Position numbers and translations under genes: made by a program. 64,000 nucleotides of DNA. Origin: Candidatus Hadarchaeales archaeon (GTDB lineage: Archaea > Hadarchaeota > Hadarchaeia > Hadarchaeales > Hadarchaeaceae). How positions within the stretch are numbered: position 1 is the stretch's first letter; each line of letters begins with the position of its first letter. Shown one piece after another: positions 31,426 to 42,061 of the stretch. The DNA lies in contig JAVZGN010000002.1 in NCBI GenBank assembly GCA_038872135.1, forward strand, positions 32,001 to 96,000. Direction: 5' to 3'. Under the pieces are notes generated by a model. The model worked only from the letters and a program-made list of their open reading frames with translations, ran no database searches and had not been told where the DNA came from.

Positions 31426-31728
31426 TCACTTCCGCACGACGACGACAAAAGCCGCTGGAACTTCTTTCTTTGGCGTTGCTGCAACCACTAGGAAAGAATA
31501 TGTCGCTGGTCTCACTCCATCTGAAACTGAAACTTCCATCACAGATGTCAGGGGGGGCTTTCCTGCCGGTGGCATAAACTCAACTTTAATCCCTTCTGGA
31601 AGCCCCTCTCCTTCAGCAGAATTTGCCGACAGAGAGATATCGTCGCCCTCTCCTTTCACCTTCACCATCACCCTAACCTTATCTCCAGGCGCCATCACTG
31701 AAAAAGCCGGCTGAAGTTCAACGGCCAT
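31426..31728 (-). CDS. Small beta-rich (Ig-like) hypothetical protein
   Basis: GLPEGIKVEF.P, V.PATYSFLVVA pattern typical of Ig-like strands; no signal peptide. Confidence 0.55.
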   Translation of the reverse strand: MAVELQPAFSVMAPGDKVRVMVKVKGEGDDISLSANSAEGEGLPEGIKVEFMPPAGKPPLTSVMEVSVSDGVRPATYSFLVVAATPKKEVPAAFVVVVRK

Positions 31729-31765
31729 TGGTTCAACTTTTTTTCTCCCAAAAAGAGGCAGTCAT

Positions 31766-32689
31766 TCACCCCACAAAATCTAGCCAGGCAAAATACTTCC
31801 GCACATTTCCTCTCACGGCTTCAAAGAAGATCCGCTGGAGTTTTGTAGTTATCGGCCCACGCCGACCGTCGCCTATTTTCCTCCCATCAACCTCTCTGAT
31901 GGGCGTCACCTCCGCTGCTGTTCCTGTGAAAAATGCCTCATCGGCTGAGTAGAGATCTTTTGGAGAGATTTTTTTCTCCCTAAACGGAATTCTTTCATCC
32001 TTTGCTATTCTGATTATTGAGTCTCTCGTTATTCCAGAAAGCGCTCCAGAAGATATGGGAGGAGTCATCAGCACCCCATTTTTGACAATAAAAACATTCT
32101 CTCCCGGTCCCTCAGCAATGTCCCCATCAATGTTGAGCAGGATTGCCTCCTCATAGCCTGATCTCAGGGCATCAACCTTCGCCAGGATCGAATTTGCATA
32201 GTTGGCAACCAGCTTTGCATGAGGTGGAAGGATGCTGGGGTGAATCCTTCTCCAAGGGGAGATTTTGACCCTCACCCCCTTCTCCAGTCCCTCCTCCCCG
32301 AGATATGTTCCCCAGGGCCAAACAGCAATCGCTACATCCACCGGGGCCCCGGCAGGATTGAGCCCCATAACTCCATATCCATAAAAAGCAATCGGGCGGA
32401 TGTAGCATTCCTCAATCCTGTTCTTTTTTATCGTCTCCTTCACCGCCTTGATCAAAACTTCTCTGGAGTATGGGAGCTTCATTCCCACAAGCTTCGCGGA
32501 GTTCTCGAGCCTGGCTATGTGGTCTTTAAGCCTGAAAACTGCCGGGCCCTCTTTTGTTTTATAGCATCTTATTCCCTCAAAAACCCCAAGCCCGTAGTGG
32601 AGAGTGTGGGTGAGAACGTGAATTTTAGCTTTTTCCCACCTAACAAACTTTCCATTCATCCAGATGTATTTTGTGGGAGTTAACCCCAT
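31766..32689 (-). CDS. ilvE: Branched-chain amino acid aminotransferase
   Basis: [38 protein letters not shown]. Confidence 0.95.
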   Translation of the reverse strand: MGLTPTKYIWMNGKFVRWEKAKIHVLTHTLHYGLGVFEGIRCYKTKEGPAVFRLKDHIARLENSAKLVGMKLPYSREVLIKAVKETIKKNRIEECYIRPIAFYGYGVMGLNPAGAPVDVAIAVWPWGTYLGEEGLEKGVRVKISPWRRIHPSILPPHAKLVANYANSILAKVDALRSGYEEAILLNIDGDIAEGPGENVFIVKNGVLMTPPISSGALSGITRDSIIRIAKDERIPFREKKISPKDLYSADEAFFTGTAAEVTPIREVDGRKIGDGRRGPITTKLQRIFFEAVRGNVRKYFAWLDFVG

Positions 32690-32718
32690 CCTCTCAGAAG
32701 AGGATTTTTCCGGAAAAT

Positions 32719-33801
32719 TTAAAGATTCCCCTTCCTTCCTTTCAAGACCTCCCCGAGAGCCCCGAGCATCCCTTCGATATCCTCAAAGAGAATGTATCCC
32801 ATGTTTCCGATTCTGAAGGTCTTCTCCTTTAAAGTCCCGTAGCCCTTAGCCAGCTCAAATCCTCGCTTTCTCATCTCCTGATAGACCTCCAGACCGCTCA
32901 TGCCCTCAGGGGCGTTAACGCAGGTAACAGTCGGGCTCTCATAGCCTTCCCTCGGGAAGAGCCTTAACCCAAGCTCCTCAATCCCCCTTCTTATCCTCTC
33001 CGCCCTTCTCCGGTAGAGGTCCAGCCTCTTCTGCTTGCCCCCCTCTTCTTCGATTATCTCCAGCTCCTTCTTCAGGGCAGCTATCTGGGGAATTGGAGGG
33101 GTCATGTGGGTGCTCCACTCTTTCTGCTGGTATTTCTCATAAAGCTTGAAATCGAAATACCATCCCTTGTCCTTCATCATCTCTGATTTTTCGAGTGCAG
33201 CCTGGCTAATGCTCGCCATCGCCAGCCCCGGGGGGATCCCAAAACACTTCTGGGAGCTTGAAAAGCAAACATCTATCCCCCACTCATCAACCTTTATCTC
33301 GACTCCCCCCATAGCGCTGACGGCATCAACAAAAAGGAGTTTTCCATGCTCTTTCACTATTTTCGCCAGCTCCTCGAGTGGATTGAGGAGCCCAACGCTG
33401 GTTTCATTGTAGGTGATTGAAACTGCCTCAACATCTGGATTTGCCCTCAATGCATCTTCCAACAGCTCAGGTGTAACCGGGTCGCCGAGGGAGGTCTCCA
33501 GCGCTACAACTTCTTTTCCATTGGCTCGCCCGACCTCAGCATACCTCTTCCCAAACTCTCCCGAGATGCAGCAGAGAAATTTTCTCTCAACGCAGTTTCT
33601 CACAGTTCCTTCCATTACCCCTGAGCCTGAGCTGGGAAAGAGAAACACCTGATTTTTTGTCTCGAGGAATTTCTGGAGGAGCTCAACGGTTTTTCTGTGG
33701 ATTTCCTGATATTCAACGCTGCGGTGGCTGAACATCTGCCTCCTCATTTCCTCCAGGACCTCGGGCCTGCATGCCACCGGGCCAACTGTAAACAGCTTCA
33801 T
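32719..33801 (-). CDS. Class V aminotransferase (serine-pyruvate/alanine-glyoxylate type)
   Basis: [38 protein letters not shown]. Confidence 0.9.
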   Translation of the reverse strand: MKLFTVGPVACRPEVLEEMRRQMFSHRSVEYQEIHRKTVELLQKFLETKNQVFLFPSSGSGVMEGTVRNCVERKFLCCISGEFGKRYAEVGRANGKEVVALETSLGDPVTPELLEDALRANPDVEAVSITYNETSVGLLNPLEELAKIVKEHGKLLFVDAVSAMGGVEIKVDEWGIDVCFSSSQKCFGIPPGLAMASISQAALEKSEMMKDKGWYFDFKLYEKYQQKEWSTHMTPPIPQIAALKKELEIIEEEGGKQKRLDLYRRRAERIRRGIEELGLRLFPREGYESPTVTCVNAPEGMSGLEVYQEMRKRGFELAKGYGTLKEKTFRIGNMGYILFEDIEGMLGALGEVLKGRKGNL

Positions 33802-33900
33802 CAAACAACCTCTTTTTAAAGCATTTAAAAAGGTGCCCGGAGCAGCCTATTCCCCCTCACAACATCCTTTTATGGCTGCCGCCCAAGTTTAAGTGATAGT

Positions 33901-35019
33901 ATGGTGAAAACGACGATTTCGATAATAAAGTGTGACGTGGGGTCTTTGGCAGGCCACCACACAGTCCCAGAACCTCTCCTGAGAATTGCCGAGAAAAACC
34001 TCCAGAGGGCAGAGAAAGAGGGGCTCATCAACAGCCACTTCGTCTTTCACGCCGGGGATGATCTTGAACTCCTGATGGTCCACCAGAGAGGCGAGAACAA
34101 CCCAGAAATACACAAGCTGGCCTGGGATACTTTCCAGGAGGCTGCGAAGAAGTCTGTGGAGCTGAAGCTCTACGCCGCAGGACAGGACATCCTGAAGACG
34201 GCGTTCAGCGGCAATGTCAAGGGGATGGGCCCGGGGGTTGCGGAAATGGAGATCGAGGAACGTGGCTCAGACCCGATAATAGTTTTTGCCGCAGACAAGA
34301 CGGAGCCGGGAGCCTTTAACTACCCCCTCTTCCGCATTTTCGCAGATCCATTCAACACCGCAGGACTGGTGATTGACCCAGCCATGACAGGTGGGTTTAA
34401 ATTTGAGGTCTTGAACGTCTTTGAAAACAAAAAAGTTGTGCTAAAGTGCCCAGAGGAAATGTATGACCTTATTGCCCTAATAGGGACGCCGGGGGAGTAT
34501 GTTATCTCCCATGTATGGCGGGCAAGCGACAACCAAATAGCTGCAGCAACCAGTACAACACGGCTCTCTTTGATAGCGGGGAAATATGTTGGGAAGGATG
34601 ATCCTGTATCGATAGTCAGATGCCAGCATGGATTGCCCGCTGTCGGTGAAGCCCTTGCGCCCTTCATGCACAGCTACTTCGTTGAGGGGTGGATGAGGGG
34701 AAGCCACTGGGGACCGCTGATGCCTGTTGGCCTCAAGGATGCGAGATGCTGCGCTTTTGATGGGCCACCGCGGATAGTCGCCCTCGGATTTCAGGTGTGC
34801 AATGGAAGGATAGCCGCAGATGACGATGGAAAACCAATGATCAGCGATCTGTTTGATGACCCATCCTTCGATCTCGCCAGGCGCGAGGCAACAGAGCTGA
34901 TGGCGGTGATAAGAAGGATGGGAGAGTTCGAGCCAGCGAGGCTTGGAAAGGAGTCAATGGAATATACCACGCTACCAAAGGTCCTAGAAAAATTGAAAAA
35001 CAGGTTTGAGCCTGCTTAA
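33901..35019 (+). CDS. fbp: Bifunctional fructose-1,6-bisphosphate aldolase/phosphatase
   Basis: DVGSLAGH, GDDL, GQD, DKTEPGAFN, KYVGKDDP, GWMRGSH, FDGPP, MEYTTL. Confidence 0.96.
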   Translation: MVKTTISIIKCDVGSLAGHHTVPEPLLRIAEKNLQRAEKEGLINSHFVFHAGDDLELLMVHQRGENNPEIHKLAWDTFQEAAKKSVELKLYAAGQDILKTAFSGNVKGMGPGVAEMEIEERGSDPIIVFAADKTEPGAFNYPLFRIFADPFNTAGLVIDPAMTGGFKFEVLNVFENKKVVLKCPEEMYDLIALIGTPGEYVISHVWRASDNQIAAATSTTRLSLIAGKYVGKDDPVSIVRCQHGLPAVGEALAPFMHSYFVEGWMRGSHWGPLMPVGLKDARCCAFDGPPRIVALGFQVCNGRIAADDDGKPMISDLFDDPSFDLARREATELMAVIRRMGEFEPARLGKESMEYTTLPKVLEKLKNRFEPA

Positions 35020-35041
35020 AGGCCTGCCTTCTTTCTCTTTT

Positions 35042-35605
35042 TTACAGATATTTCTTGGCTAGCTTTTCCCAGTCGATTTTCAACATTGCAGCAATGACGA
35101 TAAGGAGCAGGACCCCGGTAATGGCCGCTGCCTCCCAGCTCTCGGCTATTCCCGCCCCGATGAACCCTCCAAAGTGAGCGATTATCAAGGCCATGCAGAG
35201 CTTTCCCGCAACCGCCGCCGCAAAGATTTTCAGAAGAGGACACCGGGAGAGACCCAGGGGAATGAAGAGAAGATCGTCGGGGAGGGGTGTTAAAGCAAAG
35301 ATGAAAACTGCCGGCGCCCCGTATCTCTCAAAAATTTTTGCAGAGGCCTCCATTTTCCCTGCATACTTTTTGCCCACAAATCGTCTCCCCGCATATCCCA
35401 CCATATAGCCGGTTAGTTCTCCGACAGCCGCGCCTATACCGAATGCCACCGCGAGGAGGGTTGGATCGAAGACTTGCAAGGTGGCCATCGTCAAAAGTGC
35501 CACGGTGGTTGGAACCGGCACTATTATCGTCGCGGAACCTAGAAGACCTAGAAAAAATGCCCCGGGATATCCAAGGGCAATGAATGCCTCTGTCCACCCA
35601 CCCAT
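35042..35605 (-). CDS. DedA/VTT family membrane protein
   Basis: GAAVGELTGY.VG, FALTPLPDD; hydrophobic. Confidence 0.85.
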   Translation of the reverse strand: MGGWTEAFIALGYPGAFFLGLLGSATIIVPVPTTVALLTMATLQVFDPTLLAVAFGIGAAVGELTGYMVGYAGRRFVGKKYAGKMEASAKIFERYGAPAVFIFALTPLPDDLLFIPLGLSRCPLLKIFAAAVAGKLCMALIIAHFGGFIGAGIAESWEAAAITGVLLLIVIAAMLKIDWEKLAKKYL

Positions 35606-35610
35606 AAAAA

Positions 35611-36525
35611 TCAGGCCTTCGCTCGCACCAGCTCTTTCACCTGCAGCCTTATTCCCTCTTCAATGGAGATCGTGGGCTCAAAACCTAGGAGTCTTTTTGC
35701 TTTTGAAATATCGGCGCAGGTGTGATAAACATAGTTCTTCACCGGGTTTTCAACATACTTTAGTTTCGGTTCTTTCCCCAGTTCCCTGCTGATGAGCTCC
35801 ACCACCCGATTGAAGGTAGTTGCTATCCCAGTTCCGACATTCACGACCTCACAGCAAGGGGGGAGTTCTGCCGCCCGGATGCAAGCATTTACAACATCTT
35901 TCACGTGGATGAAATCTCTGGTCTGGGTGCCATCTCCATATATCTCCAGTGGCTCGCCCTTGCTAATAGCCCAGATGAATTGAGTAATCATATTTGCATA
36001 TTTTCCCTTGGCTTCCTCGTGGGGACCGTAGACCGAGAAAAATCTCAGTCCAACAGATGGGGCCCCGCTCAGCTGATGGTAGACCTGAGCCAGCCGCTCC
36101 ATCGCCAATCTCGCCTCAGTATAAAAATCAAATGGCACAAGTGGTAGATCCTCGTGATGGGGAGGGGGAGACATTCCATAGAGGCTAGAAGTGGAGGCAT
36201 AAACAACATTTGCCCCGTTAATCTTCGCCAACTCAAAAACCCTCATGAAATCAGCTATGGCCTCGCCAACAAGGATTGGGTTTCTCCTGTACATCGGGGA
36301 GCTGGAGGGAATTCCGAGATGAAAAATCTTGCTAACTTTGAGCCCCAGCTCCAGGAGTTTTGAGCAGGGGGCTTCTATCAGCTTAATTTTCTCGATCACT
36401 CCTCTGAGGTTTTCTCTTGATCCAGTGTGATAGTTGTCCACCACAACGACATTCTCTCCCCGGCGGACGAGCTCCTCCACCAGATTTGAGCCGATGAAGC
36501 CTGCACCACCAGTTACCAGAATCAT
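35611..36525 (-). CDS. NAD-dependent nucleotide-sugar epimerase/dehydratase
   Basis: VTGGAGFIGS, YASTSSLYG, RFFSVYGP, GDGTQTRDFIHV; catalytic YxxxK appears as YTEAR; start ATG 36525. Confidence 0.9.
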   Translation of the reverse strand: MILVTGGAGFIGSNLVEELVRRGENVVVVDNYHTGSRENLRGVIEKIKLIEAPCSKLLELGLKVSKIFHLGIPSSSPMYRRNPILVGEAIADFMRVFELAKINGANVVYASTSSLYGMSPPPHHEDLPLVPFDFYTEARLAMERLAQVYHQLSGAPSVGLRFFSVYGPHEEAKGKYANMITQFIWAISKGEPLEIYGDGTQTRDFIHVKDVVNACIRAAELPPCCEVVNVGTGIATTFNRVVELISRELGKEPKLKYVENPVKNYVYHTCADISKAKRLLGFEPTISIEEGIRLQVKELVRAKA

Positions 36526-36665
36526 TTGCTGCCTCCAATCGCTTTTATCAAATGAGTTTATTATTCTATTGGAGGTTATGCCCGAAGCGGTTTTAGTCAA
36601 GCAAGATAGCGGAAAGATTCCCATTAAACCTAAGAGAGGTGTTCAATCATCCGTGAGGGAAGTAG

Positions 36666-37757
36666 ATGAGGATAGGATTTTTCACTGACACCTTTCTCCC
36701 CCAAACAAACGGTGTTGTCACCTCAATCCTGAGTTCTGGGACAGCACTAACGGAACGTGGTCATGAGGTGCACGTTTTCTGTCCAAAAACTAAATTGAAA
36801 GAGTATCGTGGCATTCACATTCACTCATATCCTGCTGTTCCCTTCAGGCCATACCCAGAGTTCAAGATAGCAGTTCCACAGGGGAGGGAGAAGGTCCCGC
36901 CGCTGGATATCGTGCACACCCACTCTCCTTTCACGATGGGTTTTTTTGGCTGGAGAGTATCCAGATTTCAGAAAATTCCCAGAGTCTCCACTTTCCACAC
37001 GCTCCTTTCAGAATATGTGAAGTATGTGAAGCTGGGTGGTCCATTTGCAAAATTTCTCACTTGGAAACTTTGCACTTTCTTTTACAATGGGCACAGAAAG
37101 GTGGTCGCACCCAGTCGCTCCCTCAAAAAGCTTCTGAAGGAAAAAGGGGTGAAAAAACCAATTGAAGTGATTCCAAATGGCATAGACCTGCGTCTATACC
37201 ATCCGATAGATAAGAAACTCGCAAGAAAAAAACTTGGGCTCCAAAATGGAAGAATTTTCCTCAGTCTCGGAAGACTGAGCTATGAGAAGAATCTAGATGT
37301 GATCATCAGGGCAATGGAAAAGGCGGATGGAACACTTCTCATTGCTGGGAGGGGCCCGGCTAAACCCAAGCTCCAGAAGCTTGTGAAAAAGATTGGATTG
37401 GAGAAAAAGGTTCGATTTGTAGGATATATCCCAAATGCATATAAAAAATATTATTTCTCCGCGGCGGATGGATTCCTCATAGCTTCAACAAGCGAGACCC
37501 AAGCAATAGTAGTCGCAGAAGCCATGGCTTGTGGCTGCCCAGTAATCGGAGCAAAATCTCTTGCTATTCCAGAATTTGTCGTAAATGGAAAAAATGGATA
37601 TCTCTTTGAGCCCAATAACATCGATGAGCTCTCAGAGATTATTGCAGAATTTGAGCCCTCGGAAAAAATGTCTCGAGCAGCAATAGAAACCGCAAAGAAA
37701 TTCCGGCTGGAAAACTGCGTCATTCGGCTCGAAAAATTTTACGCCTCGGTTCTGTGA
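36666..37757 (+). CDS. GT4 glycosyltransferase
   Basis: TDTFLPQTNGV, IPNGID, GRLSYEKN, ETQAIVVAEAMACG. Confidence 0.92.
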   Translation: MRIGFFTDTFLPQTNGVVTSILSSGTALTERGHEVHVFCPKTKLKEYRGIHIHSYPAVPFRPYPEFKIAVPQGREKVPPLDIVHTHSPFTMGFFGWRVSRFQKIPRVSTFHTLLSEYVKYVKLGGPFAKFLTWKLCTFFYNGHRKVVAPSRSLKKLLKEKGVKKPIEVIPNGIDLRLYHPIDKKLARKKLGLQNGRIFLSLGRLSYEKNLDVIIRAMEKADGTLLIAGRGPAKPKLQKLVKKIGLEKKVRFVGYIPNAYKKYYFSAADGFLIASTSETQAIVVAEAMACGCPVIGAKSLAIPEFVVNGKNGYLFEPNNIDELSEIIAEFEPSEKMSRAAIETAKKFRLENCVIRLEKFYASVL

Positions 37758-38462
37758 TCAGTGAAACAGTCGATATTCCTTCTGCTTTTTCCCGAGCAGG
37801 AATTGGACTGTTGTCCTGCTCCAATCGTCGATCAGTCCCCCCAGCCCAAGCGCCTCCAGCCTTCTCCTGGATGTTCTTACGACGATGTGCCGGAAAAACA
37901 CTACCTTTCCCTTTCTTGAAATTCTTATGCAAAGATCAAAATCTTCCGATGCCGCCATCTCCTCATCAAAACCTCCAACCTCCATGAACGGCTTTTTCTT
38001 GTAGGCAACGCATGTGCCGGCTAGAACTGGTCTCCCATAGAGAAATGACAACATTATGAGAATGTTAAAAAAGTAAAATACTATCTCAGTTATTACATCT
38101 GTTTTCATTGGCATTATCATCCCGCCGGTGCCGACAACTTCCGGTACCCGCATGTATTTCAATGTTTCATCAACAAACTCCTTCGTGAGTATCGTGTCGG
38201 CGTCCAAGAAGAGAAGAATGTCGCCTTTTGCATTTTTTGCCCCTATATTCCTTGCCGTGGCGATCGTCCCCCGGCTGTAAAAAACTCTCGCATATTTCTT
38301 TGCTATCTCAACTGTCCTGTCTTTAGAGCCGCCGTCAACCACGATGATTTCGGCTTCTGGCGCTGCCTCTCTCGCTTTTACGAGAGTTCGCTCAATCAAT
38401 TTTTCTTCATTCAATGTCGGGATTACTATCGAGATCTTTGGTTTTTCTGGTATCTGGTACAT
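37758..38462 (-). CDS. GT2 glycosyltransferase
   Basis: IPTLNEE, VVDGGSKD, ARNIGA, FLDAD, GGFDE...EDFD, TSRRR. Confidence 0.92.
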   Translation of the reverse strand: MYQIPEKPKISIVIPTLNEEKLIERTLVKAREAAPEAEIIVVDGGSKDRTVEIAKKYARVFYSRGTIATARNIGAKNAKGDILLFLDADTILTKEFVDETLKYMRVPEVVGTGGMIMPMKTDVITEIVFYFFNILIMLSFLYGRPVLAGTCVAYKKKPFMEVGGFDEEMAASEDFDLCIRISRKGKVVFFRHIVVRTSRRRLEALGLGGLIDDWSRTTVQFLLGKKQKEYRLFH

Positions 38463-38512
38463 GAATCAACCCTCACTTCTATACTCTTGAGGCTAAAAAA
38501 TCACTTCGTCGA

Positions 38513-39670
38513 TTAATGAGAATATTTTTCCAGATATCTCTGATAACTCCTCTCTACCTTACTCGCTATAACATCAAAATCAAAAACTCTCTCGGCCCTC
38601 CTCCTCGCATTTCTCCCGAGCCTTTTTCTCAGGTTGCTATCAGAAAGAAGTTGATTTGCTGCTTCCGCTATTTGCTCGGAATTCCTCGGCTCAACGAGAA
38701 TTCCGCAGTCGGGAGTGACAACTTCTGGAATTCCTCCAGCTCTTGTGGCAATAATTGGATTTTCGCATGCCATCGCCTCTATCAGCACTATCCCAAACGG
38801 CTCCCACAGGGAGGGGAGGACAAAGAAATCGCTTGCAGAATAATACCGGATAAGCTCTGGTTCCGGGACAACTTCTGAAATAAACTTCACCCTTTTCTCA
38901 ACGCCAACCTTCTCTGCGATGCCTTTGAGCCTCCCTAGTTCAGGCCCCCTCCCGATTATCACTGCCTTGAAATCCCCTTCGATCTCTTTTACCGCTCTAA
39001 CCCAGTATTCGACTCCCTTCTGGGGGATGAGCCTGCAAACCGTGGTCGAGATGTGCTCACATCCCAGCTTCTCTTTGATATCGCTTTTAACCCTCCTGAA
39101 TTTTTTTGTGTCCACACCATTGAAAATGACCTCGGTTCTTTCCCTGGGGTATTCCTTTGGGAGGGTTATATCCAAAGTCCATCTGCTGTTAGCTATGATC
39201 CAGTCGCATCTGAGCATTATCTCCCTTCCCGCCAAGTCATCGTAAAGCTGGCCCCAGAAATCGATTTCCTCACTTATTCCAACTGGTCTCGCGTTGTGAA
39301 GGGTGAGAAAAAGAGGCACCCCAATCGATTTTTTCCAGAAGGCCACGGCGGCAAAGTTGAAAAAGAATCGATTGTGAAGATGAATTATGTCTGGCCGCTC
39401 CCTTTTGCATATCTCAGTCAGATTTTTCCTGAAGGAAAGCGGGACAGACAGCGGCGGAGGAAGGAATGCCGGAAGCTTTTTCAAAACCAGAGCCTTTAAC
39501 CGGTAAATCCTCGTTCCTTCTACATCCTCTATTTCTTTCGTGTTCGGGAGCCGTGAGGTCACAACACTCACTGAGTGTTTTTTGGAAAGCCTCTTGCACA
39601 GCTCGTAGAGATAGTTCTCTGTTCCCCCCTGGTAGGGGTAGAAGAATGGGTTTATGTGGAGGATTCTCAT
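38513..39670 (-). CDS. GT4 glycosyltransferase
   Basis: GGTE, IFNGVD, RLIPQKG, EPFGIVLIEAMAC. Confidence 0.92.
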   Translation of the reverse strand: MRILHINPFFYPYQGGTENYLYELCKRLSKKHSVSVVTSRLPNTKEIEDVEGTRIYRLKALVLKKLPAFLPPPLSVPLSFRKNLTEICKRERPDIIHLHNRFFFNFAAVAFWKKSIGVPLFLTLHNARPVGISEEIDFWGQLYDDLAGREIMLRCDWIIANSRWTLDITLPKEYPRERTEVIFNGVDTKKFRRVKSDIKEKLGCEHISTTVCRLIPQKGVEYWVRAVKEIEGDFKAVIIGRGPELGRLKGIAEKVGVEKRVKFISEVVPEPELIRYYSASDFFVLPSLWEPFGIVLIEAMACENPIIATRAGGIPEVVTPDCGILVEPRNSEQIAEAANQLLSDSNLRKRLGRNARRRAERVFDFDVIASKVERSYQRYLEKYSH

Positions 39671-39902
39671 GGGACCAAGATTCTCTCTATCCCCAGATTT
39701 TATGGGTTTGGGTAAATGGCAAGTGTAAAATGAAGCTGGCCGAGCGGGGAAGAGGGGCGTGAAAAAATCACGTGTGGGCTGGGCTCGGCACAGCTTCGAT
39801 TTCTCTCACCTACCTCACCTTAAAAATTTTACTGTTCCATTTTTTGAGTCATTAAAAGATGGACATGATTTTAACCAAGACGGAGAAAGTATCTCCGATG
39901 AG

Positions 39903-40373
39903 ATGGAGATAGAGCTGGGTGGGATAGGGTTCTCGGCGGCTCATTTCGTGATTGGCCACACCAAGTGTGAGCATCTCCACGGCCACAACTGGAGCATTAA
40001 AGTCGTGGTAGATGGTTACGAGGATGAGCGGGGATTAATAGTTGATTTCATAGAGCTGAAAAAAATTTTAGCAGACATCTGCGCGGGGTTTGACCATCAT
40101 CTCCTCCTTCCTACCAACAACCCATCTTTAGAAGTAGTGAAGAAGGCGGGGACAACGGAAGTTCACGTCCACGGCAGAAGATATGAGTTTCCCGATGAAG
40201 ATATCGTTTGGGTGCCTGCAATCAACATCACCGTTGAAGAGCTGGCAAGGGTGATAGCAGAAAAGCTGAAGGAAACCCTCAAAAAATATGAAAATGTCTA
40301 CAGAATCACGGTTGAAGCTGAGGAGGCGAAGGGGGAGAGCGCTAGAGCAACCGTTGAGCTGAGGAGAACTTGA
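39903..40373 (+). CDS. 6-pyruvoyl/6-carboxy-tetrahydropterin synthase family protein
   Basis: FSAAHF, CEHLHGHNW, VDF..LK, FDH, TVEELA; likely start ATG 39903. Confidence 0.88.
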   Translation: MEIELGGIGFSAAHFVIGHTKCEHLHGHNWSIKVVVDGYEDERGLIVDFIELKKILADICAGFDHHLLLPTNNPSLEVVKKAGTTEVHVHGRRYEFPDEDIVWVPAINITVEELARVIAEKLKETLKKYENVYRITVEAEEAKGESARATVELRRT

Positions 40374-40374
40374 G

Positions 40375-40803
40375 ATGAGAAGTGGAGTTTATGTCCTTCT
40401 GATCCACGTCCCCTATTCCTTTTCAACGAAAGTTGGGGAGCTTGGGAACATTGAGTTTGAGCAAGGTTACTATGCATACATTGGCTCCGCGATGGGCGGT
40501 CTGGAGAAAAGAGTTGGGCGGCACATGAAGGGTGAAAAAAAGCTTCACTGGCACATAGACTATCTACTGCTCCACTCCCGCCCAGTGGATGTCTTCATCG
40601 CTGAGACCAACGAGAAGTGCGAGTGTAAAATTGCTGAAGAGCTGTGCAGGAGATTCTCCTCAATCGAGGGATTTGGTTCAAGCGATTGTGGATGCAAAAG
40701 CCATCTGGTTTACTCCAAAGATCCAAATGAACTCACAAAAAGCGTAATCTCCGCTTTCAAGAACGCTGGTCTCAAGCTGGAGAAGAGGGACAGATATGGT
40801 TAA
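40375..40803 (+). CDS. GIY-YIG (DUF123/Uri) family nuclease
   Basis: GVYVL, GYYAYIGSA, KKLHWHIDYL, GFGSSDCGCKSHL. Confidence 0.9.
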   Translation: MRSGVYVLLIHVPYSFSTKVGELGNIEFEQGYYAYIGSAMGGLEKRVGRHMKGEKKLHWHIDYLLLHSRPVDVFIAETNEKCECKIAEELCRRFSSIEGFGSSDCGCKSHLVYSKDPNELTKSVISAFKNAGLKLEKRDRYG

Positions 40804-41407
40804 AAGCAGACGGAAGGACGAAGACGGATACTATAGAATGGCTAAGAAGCTGGGATACCGCTCCCGGGCCGCATTTAAGCTTCTCCAGCTTGATGAACGG
40901 TATTCTTTGATTAAGAAGGGGGATGTCGTTGTAGATCTGGGAGCTGCTCCGGGGGGATGGATGCAGGTTGCCGCGGAGAAGGTTGGAAGCGCCGGCTTTG
41001 TCCTGGGAGTAGATGTGCAGCAGATAGAGAAATTCCCTGAACCAAATGTTGTAACACTCATCGCCGACATAACAAAAGAAAACACTGCTGCTGAGATATT
41101 GAAGATTCTCCCGCGGCAGGCAGATGTTGTTCTTTCAGATGTCTCTCCAAAGATCACCGGGGTGTGGAGCATAGATCATTCAAGGTCAATAGAGCTAACC
41201 AGAGCTTCAGTTGACATTGCAGAAAAAATCCTCGCCCCGGGCGGCAACATCCTCATGAAGGTCTTTCAGGGGGATCTCCTTCAGGATTTCCTGGCGGAGG
41301 TAAAAGAAAAATTCACATTTTTTAAGGCTTCTAAACCGAGAGCTTCAAGAAAAGAGAGCGCAGAGGTTTATTTAATCGGAAAGGGGTTCATTTCAACTAA
41401 TAACTGA
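40796..41407 (+). CDS. rlmE: 23S rRNA Um2552 methyltransferase
   Basis: GYRSRAAFKL, VDLGAAPGGW, LSD..P, KVFQG, KPRASRKESAEVY. Confidence 0.93.
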   Translation: MVKSRRKDEDGYYRMAKKLGYRSRAAFKLLQLDERYSLIKKGDVVVDLGAAPGGWMQVAAEKVGSAGFVLGVDVQQIEKFPEPNVVTLIADITKENTAAEILKILPRQADVVLSDVSPKITGVWSIDHSRSIELTRASVDIAEKILAPGGNILMKVFQGDLLQDFLAEVKEKFTFFKASKPRASRKESAEVYLIGKGFISTNN

Positions 41408-41417
41408 TGAAAAAATT

Positions 41418-42056
41418 TTATTCCTGCTCCCGTTTCAAAGCTTTTGCCACTTCCTCCACAGTTTTCGCCGTCACTGCCGCCAGCTTCCTTTCAAGGCTGT
41501 CAACAAACCTGCTCGCCGGAGCCCCAAGCTGCCAGAGATCGACATAGGCCTGAACTATTGGAACCACACCATTCTCGCTCATCGCCCTCAAGTGCTCGTC
41601 CTGTTCTAGCACAAAGATGTTTCTCTTTTTTGCTCGGCTCGGGCGGAACTTCCTCTCAACCAACTCTGAGTTTGCGTAGACGAAAACCTGGGAGTATTCT
41701 GCTGGTGTTACACCAAAAGTGAACCTGTAGGCGGAATAAGCGGTGAGCTGACCGATTTTTCTCAGCTCCTCCTCAATTTTCTCGACCTTGGCCGGCGAAA
41801 ATGTCGTGTATCTGATATCCTTGCCAAGCTCTCTCGTGGCCGCCCAGTAGAGGAGGAGCCGCTTCGGGTCGACAAGCCTGAAGCCTAGGGGTCGCCTCTC
41901 AACTGCCCCTATCTGTTCAAACTTTATGATGATTGGATTAACTGTCCCCAGCGAGAGGGAGCAGGTTTTAGCGATGCTCTTCTGGTTGAAAAACCTTATG
42001 CCCTGGGAGTAGTACCTATGGAGAATTTCTCTCATCACACGGTCGATTTTTCTCAT
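41418..42056 (-). CDS. wHTH protein resembling type IV TA antitoxin AbiEi; no cognate toxin adjacent
   Basis: N-terminal wHTH (QKSIAKTCSLSLGTVN), LVDPKRLLLYWA, LTAYSA, VFVY, VPIVQAYVDLW motifs of AbiEi-like proteins. Confidence 0.7.
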   Translation of the reverse strand: MRKIDRVMREILHRYYSQGIRFFNQKSIAKTCSLSLGTVNPIIIKFEQIGAVERRPLGFRLVDPKRLLLYWAATRELGKDIRYTTFSPAKVEKIEEELRKIGQLTAYSAYRFTFGVTPAEYSQVFVYANSELVERKFRPSRAKKRNIFVLEQDEHLRAMSENGVVPIVQAYVDLWQLGAPASRFVDSLERKLAAVTAKTVEEVAKALKREQE

Positions 42057-42061
42057 GTTAC

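Noticed and set aside
36527-36574. Inverted repeat CCTCCAAT...ATTGGAGG between the epimerase and GT4 genes
   Set aside because: Both arms are RBS-like GGAGG sequences, so the repeat can arise without being an operator; insufficient support
40375-40803. GIY-YIG homing endonuclease or mobile element
   Set aside because: DUF123-type stand-alone gene in an operon with the queD-like gene and rlmE; no intron or element boundaries
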